DNA of 64,000 bases from NCBI GenBank assembly GCA_001662655.1, contig KV460228.1. The stretch is one strand, 5' to 3'. The position numbers and the translations under genes are program-made. Origin of the DNA: Pseudogymnoascus verrucosus (taxonomy: Eukaryota). The notes beneath the pieces are model-generated. The model searched no databases. It saw only the letters and a list, made by a program, of their open reading frames with translations, and was not told the origin of the DNA. This document shows, piece after piece, positions 61,307-64,000 of the stretch; within the stretch, counting starts at the first letter, position 1; every line of letters begins with the position of its first letter.

Positions 61307-64000
61307 TCATCCACTGAACTTCCTCGGGCGCTCAACTCCCACCTCCTCATCCCCCTCCTCCACATCACGGGCCCTCTTCCTCGCAAGCACAGAGTCAGAG
61401 TAGCATCTCTCATTCGCCATTTTGAAATCCTCTTCCTCCTCGTCCTCCTCGATCTTGATCTTGGGATCCTGGCGCATCTTGGGATCCTGGCGCTTCCTCG
61501 GCATAGGCAAGTAGTCGTGCATTCCATACTTGTCCATTTTTTCGAAGTAGGCGGCAGTCAGGTTGGGGGGGGGGGAGTACAGGTCTTTGAAGTCGGCTGC
61601 GGTGAGGTTGATGAAGATTGGTGGTGCTGGGGGGGTGGCGAGGTAGTTGAGGTGGATGTGGTTGGGGTCGGAGAATCGGGAGACGGGGGGAGGGGCCTGG
61701 AAAGGAGGAGCTGGGTTGGAGGCGAATCTGGAGACGGGGGGAGGGGCCTGGAAACCTGGAGCTGGGTTGGTGGCAAATCTGGAAACGGGGGGTGGGACTT
61801 GGAAACCTAGAGGCCCGTAGGGAGTCGGGTAGTTGGCAGCGTAGAAATCAGCCTGGGACAAAGGAGCTGTGTTGGGAGTTGGGTAGTTGGCACCATGGAA
61901 AGAAGGCGCTGGATAGTGAGTACCGGTCTGGGCCTGGAAAAGAAGACCTGGGTAGTGGACAGCGCGTCGGGCATGGAAGGGATTAGCTGGGTTGTAACAA
62001 CGAGTTTGGGCCTGGAAAACAGGAGCTGGGATGGTGGCAGCAGTCGGGGCCTGGAAAACAGGGGTTGGAACGTTGGCAGCAATTGGGGCCTGGAAGACCC
62101 GGGTTGGGTTGAAGACAAAGGGTTTGGCGTGGAAAGCAGCAGCTTCTTTGTGGGCCGCATAGTGCTGAGCAAGGACCAAAGGAGACATCTTATAAACTTC
62201 GACTCCATTCCACATGGGGTGCTCCCAGAATCCAGGAGTTTTACAGGCATCTTCGTATGCCATGTCAAATGTGTCGCAGATGATATCCTTCGGAGCTGGA
62301 GCTGGGTCCTCATTGCGGGGAATTAAGTGAGAAACTCCATGGAATATTTTGTAGGATCCAGATAGTCCCGTTGTCTGCACTCTTGGGGAAGTCATGGCCT
62401 CAGGGGCTACGTTAGGGAGGAGTTTCTGAAAGCCATTTTCGCCACGGAAAACGGTACTCGATGGAATGTTGGCCAGGAATGGGAGCATGTCGACCAGTTC
62501 TTTCTTGATTGGATGTTGCATCATAACCGCCTTTACTATAATCATGCCCGCCTCTTCGGCGGAAAGTCTCCCCACCGCCTCGCGGAGATTGTTTGCCGCT
62601 CTGCTAGCACTGGGTCCAGGGGAACTGGGTCCATCCATGGGTGGCCCAGCTGCATAGTGGCTGGTTGGGATGGCAGCATCAGGGGCCAAGGTGGCATTTC
62701 CAAGGCGGCTTGGTGGGTTGGGAGGAGTGAAGCCAATCTCAGGGGCTGGGATGGTGGCCTGGGTATTAGCAAGAATGTTCTGCACCGACTCTGTCAGGCG
62801 GAGATTTGATATGGCGCTCCTAATTGGGTAGGTGATTGTGCCAGTACCATCTTCCTCTTTCTTGATATCTTTCTCCTGCTTGATATTTTTCTCTTGCTTG
62901 ACATCCTTTTCTTGTTTGATATCTTCTTGCTTGATGTCGTCGACCACTTTGTCAACATCATCTTTGTTGCCAGACTCTGTCAAGTGAAGGTTAGAAACAG
63001 CCTCCGGGATCCCATAAATAGAGGTCTCAGCACCTTCATCCTCCTCCTTGATCTTGATTTCATTCTCATCCTCGTCTGACTCTTCAAATACTATAACATA
63101 AAAGTCAGCTCCAGCTATCTTAAAACCGCTCCCCAGATCACCCTTACCCATGCCCTCTGCCTCCATCTCTGCCGTTGCCTTCTCAATAGCTGCGTCAAGA
63201 GCTTCCAAGAACGCAGTACCATCATCGATCTCAGCATCATCGATCTGAGCATTCTCCTTAATCTCAGTAGCCTCCTCAGCCTCAGCACCCCCGTCAGCAT
63301 GATTGATCTCGGCATGATTGATCTCACCATCATCGATCTCAGTGTCATCAATTTTAGCATCATCGATCCCAGCATCATCTTCAAGCCCGGTGGCCTCCTC
63401 AACCTCAGTATCCCCCTCAGCATCGTCCTCGGGATCAAATCCATCAAGATCAAGGCTATAAACCGCCTCTCCAAGCTCGCTCTCAGAGTCATAGTTAGTT
63501 CCATCTTCCATCTTCTCAAGATAGCAGCGGATCTCTGGGTTAATCACGGCGCGGATACCGAGATCAAGGTAATCCTCAAAGATGCCCTTGTGCCCAATCA
63601 TCGGATAGCAAAGCTAGGTTCACATTAGTTAGTCTTCCATCATCTCCCACTTCATCGCAAGATCAGATCGAAAGCAAAACTCACTCTAGTATTCAACTCC
63701 GGATAGTCCATCTTCCTATCCTCCCACATCTCCTCGACTCCCTTCCCATCCTCTCTCTTTACCAAGTCAGCCAAACATCCCCCCGATCTAAGCCCAATAA
63801 AAGAACAAGAAGAAAAACTCACATCAAGCAATGCAATAACAACCCCCTCCACGTCTCCCTCCCAACACCAGGCCATCTTGACCCAGAACTCCATCACAAT
63901 ATTGATCCACAGCCGATCCATCTCCCTACGTGGCAAGGGCTCGATGTCTCCCTGCGCAAAGGCGGCCCAGCGCATATTCTCAACGGTGTATGCGAAATCA
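61307..64000 (-). CDS. Hypothetical repeat-rich protein, 5'-partial; exons >64000-63823, 63756-63685, 63613-61307
   Basis: The frame is open to the window edge. Introns 63757-63822 (GTGAGT..GCTGAC..AAG) and 63614-63684 (GTGAGT..ACTAAC..TAG) join it to the 764-aa ORF in frame. Acidic, IKQE and FQAP repeats; C-terminal RKR basic clusters. Confidence 0.75.

Overview
Gene-dense eukaryotic DNA from a filamentous ascomycete. Short GT-AG introns with CTRAC/CTAAY branch points point to Pezizomycotina; a Leotiomycete is my guess and is unverified. I built spliced models by hand for 19 protein-coding genes: an Ifh1/Crf1-like acidic regulator, a DOMON+cytochrome b561 protein, a Psk1/Ypk3-type AGC kinase, a peroxisomal thiolase with PTS2, an F-box/LRR protein, a family III CoA-transferase, MCU, TFB1, KGD1, MPG1/PSA1, a small stand-alone dsRBD protein, RAM1, a Zn2Cys6 factor, UBI4, an ETP1/BRAP2-type E3, a GPAT and three hypothetical proteins (one runs off the right edge). 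There are also two degenerate gene relics and several minisatellites. I saw no tRNA, rRNA, CRISPR array or intact transposon. The best leads are non-coding. (1) The dsRBD gene has an oversized 277-nt intron made of consecutive hairpins that bury a second branch point and an alternative, stop-producing 3' splice site, a candidate RNA-structure autoregulatory splicing switch. (2) A ~530-nt element without a credible ORF between ETP1 and GPAT shows nested long-range pairing and an intron-like segment. (3) A second apparently non-coding structured unit lies at ~4.5-5.35 kb. All structures were found by eye, not computed, and family calls come from motif recognition, not database searches.
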